A stretch of 64,000 bases of DNA from an uncultured Planctomycetaceae bacterium (GCA_937967665.1 CALBSZ010000696.1:194-64193); one strand, 5' to 3'; positions 27,359 through 38,031 are shown, numbered from the stretch's first letter. Notes: a model not told the origin generated them from the sequence alone. Program-made: numbers and translations.

Positions 27359-27960
27359 CCGCACGCCGCGCCTTATCGCTGTTGGAACTGCTGCTGGTGC
27401 TGGCCCTGCTGGTCGTCGTAGCGGCGCTGGTCCTGCCGGCCCTGGCCAACACGATGGAAAATCAGCGGCTCAGCAAAGCGGGAGACGTCGTGCGGGCGTC
27501 GTGGAACAACGCCCGAGTGCGGGCCATGCGCAGCGGACGCATCCACATGTTCCGCTATAGTCCCGGCGGTAATCAGTACTACGTGGAACCATGGTTTGCG
27601 GTTACGGACGAGATCGAATCGAGCGATAAGTCGTGGGACACGTCGGCGGGAAACGCAGACCTGCAAGCGGCGTTGGCGGTGCGGGCGAATCCGGAGGAAT
27701 TGCCGGAAGGAGTCACGTTCGTGCAGGCGCAAACATTTTTCGATTCCCGGGACCAGGCCGCCACGGAAGACATCGCCGGAGCCGGACTGCCGCTGCCGGC
27801 AGCTCCCATTCTGTTTTATCCCGACGGCACCACGTCGACCACACGCCTGCTGTTGATGAACGAACAGGAATCCTACGTCGTCGTGCAGTTGCGCGGCCTG
27901 ACGGGAATCGCCAAAGTCAGTGAACTGCTCACTCCCGCGGAACTCATCGCATGGCGCTAA
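27355..27960 (+). CDS. Minor pseudopilin (GspH-like) with Ala at the -1 cleavage position
   Basis: The N-terminus MTARRA|LSLLELLLVLALLVVVAAL is a prepilin-like methylation segment with Glu+5. ATGA overlap with the gspG stop. Gene order supports the call. Confidence 0.65.
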   Translation: MTARRALSLLELLLVLALLVVVAALVLPALANTMENQRLSKAGDVVRASWNNARVRAMRSGRIHMFRYSPGGNQYYVEPWFAVTDEIESSDKSWDTSAGNADLQAALAVRANPEELPEGVTFVQAQTFFDSRDQAATEDIAGAGLPLPAAPILFYPDGTTSTTRLLLMNEQESYVVVQLRGLTGIAKVSELLTPAELIAWR

Positions 27961-28442
27961 AACACGAGCACGCTCCGACATTTCGCAGCGGCCGTCAACG
28001 CGCGGGCCTGTCGATCCTCGAGGTGATGTTGGCCCTGGCCATCCTGGGACTCGCTGTGACTGCCATTGGGCAGCTGATTCATATCGGGTCGATGAGTTCC
28101 GTCGCGGCCAGTCACGAGACCACGGCGCAGATGATCTGCGAGTCGAAGCTGGCGGAGATTACGTCGGGTATCCAGCCGACAACACCGCTCGCCAACGTCC
28201 CCTTCGAACTTGACGACGACTGGAACTACAGCATCCAACGCGAAGAGATTAACGACTTGGGCCTGGTGGCCATTCAAGTAACGGTGGAACAGCGAGCCGA
28301 TCGCTACGACCGCCCGGTAACGTTCTCACTGATTCGCTGGGTCAATGAAAACGATCTGCCGACCATGGAGGAGGTGCCGGCGGAGGACGGCGGCAGCGAG
28401 GACGCGACTCGTGGAAACACAACGGGCGAGGCCGCGTCATGA
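27951..28442 (+). CDS. Minor pseudopilin (GspI-like)
   Basis: RQRAG|LSILEVMLALAILGLAV prepilin-type N-terminus, small size (163 aa), and a 10-nt overlap with the previous gene. Confidence 0.65.
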   Translation: MALKHEHAPTFRSGRQRAGLSILEVMLALAILGLAVTAIGQLIHIGSMSSVAASHETTAQMICESKLAEITSGIQPTTPLANVPFELDDDWNYSIQREEINDLGLVAIQVTVEQRADRYDRPVTFSLIRWVNENDLPTMEEVPAEDGGSEDATRGNTTGEAAS

Positions 28443-29455
28443 CACGAATCCCCCGGAAACCAAACGCCGTCCGCCGGATGCCTCGCAACGGTTTTTCGCT
28501 GCTGGAAGTGTTACTTGCCCTGGGCCTGTCCGTCGTGGTCTTGGGCCTGATCGCCGCGGCCGTGGACAACACGCTGCGAATGTTGGACGAACGCCGCACG
28601 AACGTCGAGAAGGCGCAGTTGGCCCGCGCGGTCTTGAGGCAGATTGCCAGCGACCTGCGTAGCTCCGTCCAGTATGAACCAGTGGATCTGGAAGGCATTG
28701 AAAGCATGTCGGCGACCGAGGCGCTGACCGGCGTCGATCCGGCAACGCTCCAATCGGCCGGCGCGGCGGCGGAGATCGATTTCGGGTCCGTGGCCGAGGA
28801 AGCGGATGAGCAGTTGGCCGGGATCGCCAGTACGCTTTCTCCCGCGACGATCCCGGGACTTTACGGCAACCAGTTTGAATTGCAGGTCGACGTCTCGCGA
28901 CTGCCCAGGCTGGACGAATACGAAGTGTTCTTGCGAATCGATCAACCACTGGCCATCGCGCAGATTCCCAGCGACGTCAAGACGGTGGCCTACTATCTGC
29001 AGGCGACTCCCGATGACGTGCTCGATCCGCTCGCCGCGGACGTCGCGGAAGACACTTCCGCGACGGCGCCGCGCGGGCTGGTGCGGCGCGAATTGGATCG
29101 GGCCGTCACGACCTGGGCGATGAACAATGGCAATCTGGAATCCCTCCAGAATTCGGCGGACCTGCTGGCGCCCGAAGTCACCGCGATCGAATTCCGCTAC
29201 TTCGATGGCCAACAGTGGCTGCTGCAATGGGATTCGGAAGTCGAGGGCGGGCTGCCGATTGCCGTGGAGATTGCGCTCTCGATCGCTCCCGATGATCCGC
29301 TCAACGCTCCGATTCCGACGACCTTGCTGGGCACTTCCATCGCGGGCGTGTTTGGGGACAACGTCTTTCGCATGGTCGTACAGTTGCCGGTGGGAAAACG
29401 GCAGCCTGACGAGTCCGCGAACGGTTCCACCGGTTTGGAGGAGCTGGGGCTATGA
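28439..29455 (+). CDS. Minor pseudopilin (GspJ-like)
   Basis: PRNG|FSLLEVLLALGLSVVVLGL prepilin-type N-terminus, 338 aa, ATGA overlap. Confidence 0.65.
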   Translation: MTRIPRKPNAVRRMPRNGFSLLEVLLALGLSVVVLGLIAAAVDNTLRMLDERRTNVEKAQLARAVLRQIASDLRSSVQYEPVDLEGIESMSATEALTGVDPATLQSAGAAAEIDFGSVAEEADEQLAGIASTLSPATIPGLYGNQFELQVDVSRLPRLDEYEVFLRIDQPLAIAQIPSDVKTVAYYLQATPDDVLDPLAADVAEDTSATAPRGLVRRELDRAVTTWAMNNGNLESLQNSADLLAPEVTAIEFRYFDGQQWLLQWDSEVEGGLPIAVEIALSIAPDDPLNAPIPTTLLGTSIAGVFGDNVFRMVVQLPVGKRQPDESANGSTGLEELGL

Positions 29456-30990
29456 CACGTTGTCGACGCGGAGTAGTTCTGATCATCGTGCTGGTGGTGG
29501 TGGTGGTCCTGTCGCTGGCGGCCTACACCTTCAGCGATTTGATGCTGACGCACAACGAGGCCAGTCAGTTGAACGGCCGCAGCCTGCAGGCTCGCGAAGT
29601 CGTGGCTTCGGGAGCGGAATGGGTGCGGACCTTTCTGATGCTGGACGACGAAACGATTATCGAAGCCGGCGGCATCTACAACAATCCACAGCAGTTTCAA
29701 GCGATTCCCGTTGTTCAGGATATTGAAGAGGATTTTCGCGCGAACTTCACGCTGGTGGCGCCCGCACTGGACGACGAAGGAAACCTGGCCGGCGTGCGCT
29801 ACGGTTTGCAGGACGAATCAACCCGCTTGAACGTGAACGCGCTGCTGGCGCTCGAGGACCAGCAAACGGGGGCGGGACGGCAATTGCTGCTGGCCCTGCC
29901 GGGAATGACCGAAGACGTCGCCGATGCCATCCTGGATTGGCTGGACGAAGACGACGACCCGCGTGACTACGGCGCCGAAGCCGAATACTACAGTACGATG
30001 CAGCCACCATACGGTCCCAAGAACGGACCGCTCGACACCGTCGAAGAACTGCTACTCGTCCGCGGCGTGACGCCTCGCCTGCTGTTCGGCATGGACGTCA
30101 ATCGCAACGGCATGATCGACAACTATGAATTGCAGTCGACCGAGTTGGCGGAAGACGCCACGACGACCACGGAGTTCACGGAATTCGGCTGGGCCAGTCT
30201 CCTGACGCTGCACGGCGCCGAATGGAACGCAAATTCGCTGGGAGAACCGCGGATCGATCTGAATGACGAAGACTTGAAACAACTGTACGCCGACCTGACC
30301 GCCGTCTTCGACGACGAATGGGCGAAGTTTATTGTCGCCTACCGGCAAGGGGGCGCTTACACCGGAAGCGATCCCGTCGATTCATCGGCCGGCCGCGAGC
30401 TCAATTTCGACTTGCCGGCTCAGTCCAACATCACGCAGGTGCTGGAATTGATCGGCGCGAAGACGCAAGTCACGTTTGCCGGCGCCAGCAGCCCGACGGT
30501 CCTGGCATCGCCGTTTGACACCGGCATTGTGGCAATGAACGTCTACTTGCCGATCCTGTTGAACCAGGTGTCCGTGAATCCCGCGCCGACCATTCCAGGC
30601 CGGATCAATATCAATCAAGCGCCTCGCGTGATGCTGGAAGGAATCCCGGGCATGACGACGGAACTGCTGGATACCATCTTGAAATCTCGCCCGGTGGAAC
30701 CGGTCGTGGAAAACCTCAACTTTGGGTACGAGACCTGGTTGCTGACGGAGGGGCTGGTAACGCTGGAACAGATGCGCGCGCTGTCGCCGTTCGTCTGTGC
30801 TGGTGGCGACGTGTATCGGGCTCAGATCGTCGGCTATTACGAAGGTGGAATGGCCTCGTCCCGCGCGGAAATCATTTTCGCTGCTACCGGGACCGCGCCT
30901 CGCGTATTATCCTGGAGAGATGTCAGCCATCTGGGGCGCGGCTACGCGATTGAGACATTGGGCGTCCAGATGGTGGGCGAGGAAATGTAG
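29452..30990 (+). CDS. GspK-like minor pseudopilin
   Basis: RRG|VVLIIVLVVVVVLSLAAY has no Glu+5, as in GspK. The LLLALPGMTEDVADAILDWLDEDDD and EQMRALSPFV regions resemble the GspK helix-hairpin-helix-like domains. 512 aa, ATGA overlap. Confidence 0.7.
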   Translation: MTRCRRGVVLIIVLVVVVVLSLAAYTFSDLMLTHNEASQLNGRSLQAREVVASGAEWVRTFLMLDDETIIEAGGIYNNPQQFQAIPVVQDIEEDFRANFTLVAPALDDEGNLAGVRYGLQDESTRLNVNALLALEDQQTGAGRQLLLALPGMTEDVADAILDWLDEDDDPRDYGAEAEYYSTMQPPYGPKNGPLDTVEELLLVRGVTPRLLFGMDVNRNGMIDNYELQSTELAEDATTTTEFTEFGWASLLTLHGAEWNANSLGEPRIDLNDEDLKQLYADLTAVFDDEWAKFIVAYRQGGAYTGSDPVDSSAGRELNFDLPAQSNITQVLELIGAKTQVTFAGASSPTVLASPFDTGIVAMNVYLPILLNQVSVNPAPTIPGRININQAPRVMLEGIPGMTTELLDTILKSRPVEPVVENLNFGYETWLLTEGLVTLEQMRALSPFVCAGGDVYRAQIVGYYEGGMASSRAEIIFAATGTAPRVLSWRDVSHLGRGYAIETLGVQMVGEEM

Positions 30991-30991
30991 T

Positions 30992-32449
30992 ATGGCACGA
31001 ATCCTGGCAATCGAATGGGACGCCCGCGAGGCGCGTGCCGTGGTGGCCCGCACACGGGCCGACGACGTGACCGTGGAAGACGCGTTCGTCATCGACGTGA
31101 CTCCCCGCGCCGGCCAGGAGACGTTGAGCGACGAGGAAGTGGGCGCGCGCATCTTGTCGGCCTTGTCCGCGCGCAATATCAGCAAGCTGGAGACGCACGT
31201 CTCCGTCGGCCGCGCGAATATCGAATTGCGGTTCCTCAACGTCCCGCCGGCGCCCGAGGAAGAATTGCCCGGGATGGTCCGGTTGCAGGCCGGACGCCAC
31301 TTTTCCAATCTAGGTGCCGACTCGACCCTTGATTTCGTCCCTGTCGGGCAGGCCGAAGATGGCAGCCTGAATCTGCTCGCCGCCGCCACCTCGGCCGAAT
31401 TCCTGCGCGATGTCCAACAGACGTGCTCGGCCGCGCAGCTGACTCCGCAGAGTATCGTGCTGCGGCCGTTCGCGACGGCGTCGTTGTGGCGGCGCAGCAA
31501 CGACGTAACACCATGCACGTTGATGATCGACGTGCTGGGAAATGAAGCCGATCTGACCGTGTTGGTGGACGGCAATGTGGTCGTCACACGCACCGTGCGA
31601 TTGCCAGACGACCCCGCGGCGATTGCAGCAGCGCTGATTGGCGAAGTCAAACGGACCTCGGCCGCCGCTCAGAATCAGACGTCCGGACGCAAGGTCGACG
31701 GGATCGTGCTGCTGGGGGACGTCAGTGAATTTGGCGACGCCCAGGAAACCCTTTCACAAGCGCTCGAAATCCCGGTTGCGTTCTTCAATCCGTTTACCAA
31801 TCTGAAATTCGCCGAAGGTTGGCGAGCGCCCGGTCGCAGCGGACGGTTTGCCCCGCTGCTCGGCATGATTCTGGACGAATCCGCCGGCGAAAGGCATCTG
31901 GTCGATTTCCTGAATCCACGACGCAAGCCCGAAGCCGCCAGTTACAATCGGCGGCAGGCCATGGTCGGTGGCGGCGTCGCGGCGCTCGCCCTGCTGGTGC
32001 TCGTGATCTTGTGGCTGCAATTCCGCGCGCTGGATCAACGCATCGAGCAACTCACACAGGAATCCGCCAGCTGGGACCCGCTGGTCAAGAAGGCACAGCA
32101 GCTGACCAGGGACGTCCACGAAATCGAGCAGTTCCAGGATGCCAACGTACGCTGGCTGGACGAACTGCGTCTGATGTCCGAAGTGGCGCCTCCCGCCGAA
32201 GACATGATTGTCCGGCAATGGACGTCGGCGGCCAGGAAGGAGGGAGGCGGTGTGATCGCGATCGAAGGACAAGCCGAGGAGTTTTCGACCATCGAACAGC
32301 TCGAACGCGCTCTGCGGGATCCTCGTCATCAGGTGTTTGGTCGCGGTGGACGCGAAGACGAGAAAGCCGACGCTTATCGCTGGGTGTTCAATGAGGAGAT
32401 TGTTGTCAGTTCGTCGTCGTCGGCGGACGGGGCGGAGGAAGCGCCATGA
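30992..32449 (+). CDS. GspL/PilM-PilN-like assembly-platform protein (cytoplasmic actin-like domain + TM + periplasmic domain)
   Basis: I use the start MARILAIEWDAREARAVV, 1 nt after the gspK stop. PilM-like N-terminal half, a single TM (VGGGVAALALLVLVILWL), then a coiled-coil and a ferredoxin-like tail. Confidence 0.65.
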   Translation: MARILAIEWDAREARAVVARTRADDVTVEDAFVIDVTPRAGQETLSDEEVGARILSALSARNISKLETHVSVGRANIELRFLNVPPAPEEELPGMVRLQAGRHFSNLGADSTLDFVPVGQAEDGSLNLLAAATSAEFLRDVQQTCSAAQLTPQSIVLRPFATASLWRRSNDVTPCTLMIDVLGNEADLTVLVDGNVVVTRTVRLPDDPAAIAAALIGEVKRTSAAAQNQTSGRKVDGIVLLGDVSEFGDAQETLSQALEIPVAFFNPFTNLKFAEGWRAPGRSGRFAPLLGMILDESAGERHLVDFLNPRRKPEAASYNRRQAMVGGGVAALALLVLVILWLQFRALDQRIEQLTQESASWDPLVKKAQQLTRDVHEIEQFQDANVRWLDELRLMSEVAPPAEDMIVRQWTSAARKEGGGVIAIEGQAEEFSTIEQLERALRDPRHQVFGRGGREDEKADAYRWVFNEEIVVSSSSSADGAEEAP

Positions 32450-33645
32450 TCCACCGTGAACGTATCCTCTTGTCCCTGGTAGTGGGACCCGGCATCGCCG
32501 CGATCGCCTTTGTGGGCGTGGCCAAAGTTCGCAAAGGGCTGTCTGATCGGCGAGACCGCGTGGCATTGCTGCAAAAAGAGATCGCCGACAAGGAGTTCGA
32601 GGTCGCGTTGGGCGAACGCAAAGCACTGGAACTGATTGAGTTGGAAGCGCGGTCACTGCCCCCCAGCCGCGAGCAAGCAATGTCGGTGTACCAGGCCTGG
32701 CTGCTGGACCTGGTCAAGAATGCCGGTTTGCAGGATGTGGACGTCAAACTGCAATCGAACCGCTCGGTCCGTGATGTCTACACGATGTTCACGTTTGCCG
32801 TCACGGGAGATGGTGATCTGCCCAGGCTGACCGAATTCCTGCACCGTTTTTACGAAGCCGATTTCCTGCATCGCATCGGGCGCCTGAATCTGAAACCGAT
32901 TCGCGATCGCCGCGAACTGTCGCTGTCCATGTCAGTCGACGCGCTGGCCTTGCCGGGATCCCCGCACCTCAAGACCCTGCCGACCGACCTGCAGCCCCCC
33001 CGGGATCTGCTGACACTCGAGGAATACCGGACCGCAATCCTCGGCCGGAATCTTTTCGGGCCGCCCAACAACAAGCCGCGCTTGACCATCTCCGGATCAC
33101 AGCGTGCCTACGTCGGACGCTCGCTGACGGTTTCCCCTCAGGCCAGCGACCCGGATAAACTGGATTCGCTGCGCTACAGTGTCGCTGAAAAAGAACTTCC
33201 CAGCGGCATGCGATTCGACGCCCAGACCGGCAGCCTGCAGTGGACACCGCGGGAAACCGGCGAGTACTCCGTCACGTTGATCGTTAGCGACGATGGGCTG
33301 CCGAGCAAGTCCGATAGCCAACTTGTCAAGATCAGCGTCAGCGAACCGCCCCCGCCTCCCACGCCGCGCCCGACCCCGCCGGCGAAACCAAGTTTTGACC
33401 CGGCACAGTACACGTTCCTGACTTCGGTCGTCGAGATCAACGGGGAGCCGCAGATCTGGTTGATCGACCGTACCACGGGGACACGATACGAATTGTCTGT
33501 GGGCGATTCCTTCGACATTGGCACCTGGAAAGGTACGGTGGTCCGTATCGGGACGAATAGTGCCGAGGTCGAATCCTCGGGCCACGTCTACCTGATCTCG
33601 ATCGGCGAACCGCTCACCAGCGGCGAAGAACTCGACAGCGTCTAA
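32446..33645 (+). CDS. GspM/PilO-like protein fused to a cadherin-like Ig domain, a Pro-rich linker and a PilP/GspC-HR-like C-terminal beta domain
   Basis: N-terminal TM plus coiled-coil plus a PilO-like block (AWLLDLVKNAGLQDVDVKL...FTFAVTGDGDLPRLTEFLHRFY). Ig-like SLTVSPQASDPD...LQWTPRETGEYSVTLIVSDDG. Linker PPPPPTPRPTPPAKP. C-terminus YTFLTSVVEINGEPQIWLIDRTTGTRYELSVGDSF..GTVVRIGTNSAEVESSGHVYLISIG. Confidence 0.6.
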   Translation: MIHRERILLSLVVGPGIAAIAFVGVAKVRKGLSDRRDRVALLQKEIADKEFEVALGERKALELIELEARSLPPSREQAMSVYQAWLLDLVKNAGLQDVDVKLQSNRSVRDVYTMFTFAVTGDGDLPRLTEFLHRFYEADFLHRIGRLNLKPIRDRRELSLSMSVDALALPGSPHLKTLPTDLQPPRDLLTLEEYRTAILGRNLFGPPNNKPRLTISGSQRAYVGRSLTVSPQASDPDKLDSLRYSVAEKELPSGMRFDAQTGSLQWTPRETGEYSVTLIVSDDGLPSKSDSQLVKISVSEPPPPPTPRPTPPAKPSFDPAQYTFLTSVVEINGEPQIWLIDRTTGTRYELSVGDSFDIGTWKGTVVRIGTNSAEVESSGHVYLISIGEPLTSGEELDSV

Positions 33646-33676
33646 AACGCGCCGCAGATGGGACATGGTCTGTAGC

Positions 33677-33803
33677 CCCGCGGCTCCGCCCGCGGGATTC
33701 CGCGAACGGAGTCGCGGAACTACGACAACGGGACCCGCGCGGAGTTCGACACTCGTTCCCGGGCTCCCGCCCGGGGACGCACTATCTCCGAGGCTCCGCC
33801 TCG
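33677..33803. repeat. Cluster of four short GC-rich hairpins sharing a CTCCG-type loop
   Basis: 33677-96 CCCGCGG-CTCCGC-CCGCGGG. 33698-719 TTCCGCGA-ACGGAG-TCGCGGAA (loop in reverse orientation). 33756-77 TTCCCGGG-CTCCCG-CCCGGGGA (8-bp stem, one G-U wobble pair). 33789-803 CGAGG-CTCCG-CCTCG. All are directly downstream of the T2SS-like operon. Confidence 0.8.
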
Positions 33804-33976
33804 CACCCTTGCTGGTCCAACTGCTACAGCTCGCCCCCAAAAAAAAGCGACCGGCTCACAGCGTCTCCTCGCTGCCTGCCACAAGTCATCTGCATTGTTG
33901 CAACGCGAAACCTGAATGATTACGTTAGTACAAAAATCCGAAAGTCCCGCTTACATCCTACTTATGGAGACGTCAC

Positions 33977-34507
33977 ATGAATGCCCGCATTGCCACTGTC
34001 ATTCTGGTCCTGCTTCTTGGTACTGCCGTCCGTGCGGAAGACAGCGAGTTCGCTCGCCAGACGATCGACATAGGTGTCGTGGTGAGCGATATCGAGAAGG
34101 CCGTGGACTTCTACACTAACGCCATCGGTTTCAAGGAACTGGACGGCTTCAAGGTGCCGGCCGACTTCGCCACCGATTCGGGGCTGACGCAAAACCAGCC
34201 GCTGGACATCCGAGTGCTCGCTTTGGGCGAAGAGGAATCGGCAACCCGCTTGAAACTGATGCAGCTTCCGGGGGTGAAGAGCAAAAAGTCCGATAACACG
34301 GTCATCCACTCCCAACTCGGTGTCAGCTACATCACGATCTTTGTCACCGACACGAACGCTGCCCTGGCACGTCTGAAGAAAGCGGGTGTTGCAGTGGCTG
34401 CGAAAGGTCCGGTCGAGCTGCCGAAAGGCTTTCCCGCCGGCGTCTACTTGACCGTGGTCAAGGACCCCGACGGCAACATTGTCGAGCTGGTCGGCCCCAA
34501 GAAATAA
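33977..34507 (+). CDS. Secreted VOC-family (glyoxalase/bleomycin-resistance fold) protein
   Basis: Signal MNARIATVILVLLLGTAVRA. IDIGVVVSDIEKAVDFYTNAIGFKE and the C-terminal VKDPDGNIVELV are classic VOC beta-alpha-beta-beta-beta blocks. Confidence 0.8.
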   Translation: MNARIATVILVLLLGTAVRAEDSEFARQTIDIGVVVSDIEKAVDFYTNAIGFKELDGFKVPADFATDSGLTQNQPLDIRVLALGEEESATRLKLMQLPGVKSKKSDNTVIHSQLGVSYITIFVTDTNAALARLKKAGVAVAAKGPVELPKGFPAGVYLTVVKDPDGNIVELVGPKK

Positions 34508-34615
34508 GACTCGGTAGGTTGTTCCGGATCCTGATGGGCTCGGGACCTGATAACGGGGGCGACGTGTTGTCTCTTGGCTCAAAACGCGAACGCCTGGGGC
34601 ACGTACGTCCGGACA

Positions 34616-34631
34616 CACTTGCTTGCGCTGC
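34616..34631. repeat. Reverse-orientation copy of the GCAGCGCGAGCAAGTG core repeat
   Basis: CACTTGCTTGCGCTGC equals the reverse complement of the core with one mismatch. The flanking GTGCTTGTAT also matches ATACAAGC(C/A)C of the 21.3-kb copy. Confidence 0.7.
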
Positions 34632-34675
34632 GTGCTTGTATTCTTGCGGATTGCCGGGAGGTCGACGCTCTCCAA

Positions 34676-36280
<1,605 letters not shown>

Positions 36281-36519
36281 CAGCTCCTGCGATCCTTGGT
36301 TGAAGGCCGTTCTCTTCAAGTGTAGGGGGCCAGGTTCGCTGGGTCGACCGTACTCGTTCCAGAACAAACGAGGTCGATGACTCTTGGAACTGAAATTCAA
36401 AGCACGAATATCGAAAAGCGAAACAATTTCGAATGTCACAATACCAAAGTCCGAAACCCCAACGGGGGTTGCGTTCCGCATTTCAGATGAATGAGCAGTA
36501 TTGCCCATCCTGGCCACAG

Positions 36520-38031
36520 TCACTTTTTTGACGGCGATAGCTGCCAGTTCGGATCGGGTTCGTGCAATTTGTTGAGCAGGTTTGTGGCGTGCTTGACCAG
36601 ATCGGGACGGCGCGGGGCGTAATTGTGATCTTCGTCGTGGTCCCACGACAGGTCGTACAATTCAATCTCGCCGGTGAACATCGGCGAGCGAATGGCCTTC
36701 CACTTGCCGAACCGCACCGCCTGCGACGAGCCTCGTTCGTAGAATTCCCAATAGAGGGGACTCTGGCGTTTCCACTTGTTCGGCTCGACGTGCCCGCGCA
36801 GCGCCGGCAGGAAGCTGTCGCTATCGATCCCCTCCGGCGCGTCGACACCGGCCATTTCGGCGGCGGTCCGCATCAGATCGCCAAAATACCAGGCCAGCTC
36901 GTTCTCGGTATTAGCGGCGACGGTGCCGGGCCACCAGGCGATGGTCGGCACGCGGATGCCTCCTTCGTAAAGATCCCTTTTGATGCCGCGATACTTGCCG
37001 TTCGAATCGAAATGATCGGCGCGATGGCCGCCTTCCTGGTGGGGGCCGTTGTCGGAAGTAAAGAGGACCAGCGTGCGATCATCAATCTCAAGCTCTTCCA
37101 GCAGATCCAGGATACGGCCTGTGTCGCGATCGATGTTGCGGATCATGGCGGCAAAACCTTTTTCCGGATCCGGCCAGTCGCGTGTGGAGAACTCGCCCAG
37201 TTCCGGCACTTCCATCCCCAGGTTCCCCGCTTCGTTGTTCGCATGGGGGACGTTCAGGGCAAAGTACAAGAAGAACGGACGCGCCTGGTTCTCCCGAATA
37301 AAATGCAATGCGTCTGCGGTGAACAGGTCCGGTGCGTACTGCACTCGTTTGACGGCGACGCCGCGTCCTCCCTGCGGCAGCTGCGGATCCTGCCACGGCA
37401 TCCACTTTTCGCCCACGACATTCTGCAGCGTTTCCACCTGGCCGTTCCGAATCAGGAATTCGGGATAGAAATTATGGGCGTGCCACATGTTGATGTAGCC
37501 GTAGAAATGATCGAAGCCGACGTCATTCGGGTTCGTCAGGTTATCGGGAGTCCCGATTCCCCACTTCCCAATGCAACCGGTGGCGTAGCCCGCGGATTTC
37601 AGCACCGAAGCGACCGTCGGCTGTCCGGGCTGGATGATCACCGGCGCCGTCGAATTGCCGCGTACGACTGTTCGTCCGCCGTGCCGGCCGGTCATGAGTA
37701 CACTTCGCGACGGCGCGCAGACCGTGCAACCTGCGTAGAATTGCGTAAACCGCATCCCCTCCGTCGCCATCTGGTCCAAGCGCGGAGTTTGTAGCGTCTT
37801 TTGCCCGAAACAGCCCAGGTCGCCATACCCCAAGTCGTCCGCCAGGATCACGATAATGTTGGGCCGATCGATCTCGGCGGCCCCTGCCGGCACCGCAGAA
37901 CCTGACGGTGCGCTGAGTCCCAGGATCCACACGATCGCTAGCTTGGCAAAGCGCCCCGCCGAACTCACTGAATGGGACTCACGGCTCATGGCCAGCGCCC
38001 CTGTCAAACGCCATCGAATCGATCCACTCAT
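36520..38031 (-). CDS. Arylsulfatase (formylglycine-dependent)
   Basis: PNIIVILADDLGYGD and CTVCAPSRSVLMTGRH (CxPxR) with a signal-like N-terminus. The start could also be the Met at 37989. Confidence 0.9.
   Translation of the reverse strand: MSGSIRWRLTGALAMSRESHSVSSAGRFAKLAIVWILGLSAPSGSAVPAGAAEIDRPNIIVILADDLGYGDLGCFGQKTLQTPRLDQMATEGMRFTQFYAGCTVCAPSRSVLMTGRHGGRTVVRGNSTAPVIIQPGQPTVASVLKSAGYATGCIGKWGIGTPDNLTNPNDVGFDHFYGYINMWHAHNFYPEFLIRNGQVETLQNVVGEKWMPWQDPQLPQGGRGVAVKRVQYAPDLFTADALHFIRENQARPFFLYFALNVPHANNEAGNLGMEVPELGEFSTRDWPDPEKGFAAMIRNIDRDTGRILDLLEELEIDDRTLVLFTSDNGPHQEGGHRADHFDSNGKYRGIKRDLYEGGIRVPTIAWWPGTVAANTENELAWYFGDLMRTAAEMAGVDAPEGIDSDSFLPALRGHVEPNKWKRQSPLYWEFYERGSSQAVRFGKWKAIRSPMFTGEIELYDLSWDHDEDHNYAPRRPDLVKHATNLLNKLHEPDPNWQLSPSKK

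Noticed and set aside
36455-36470. Small hairpin AACCCC-AACG-GGGGTT as terminator of the second sulfatase
   Set aside because: It has only a 6-bp stem and a weak, interrupted T run on the transcribed strand. That is too weak to call.
36281-36646. N-terminal 122 codons of the 656-aa SelO ORF, overlapping the sulfatase 3' end
   Set aside because: The extension overlaps another gene, is low-complexity, and lacks an RBS. SelO homology begins at MTTKPL (ATG 36280), which has AGGAG upstream.
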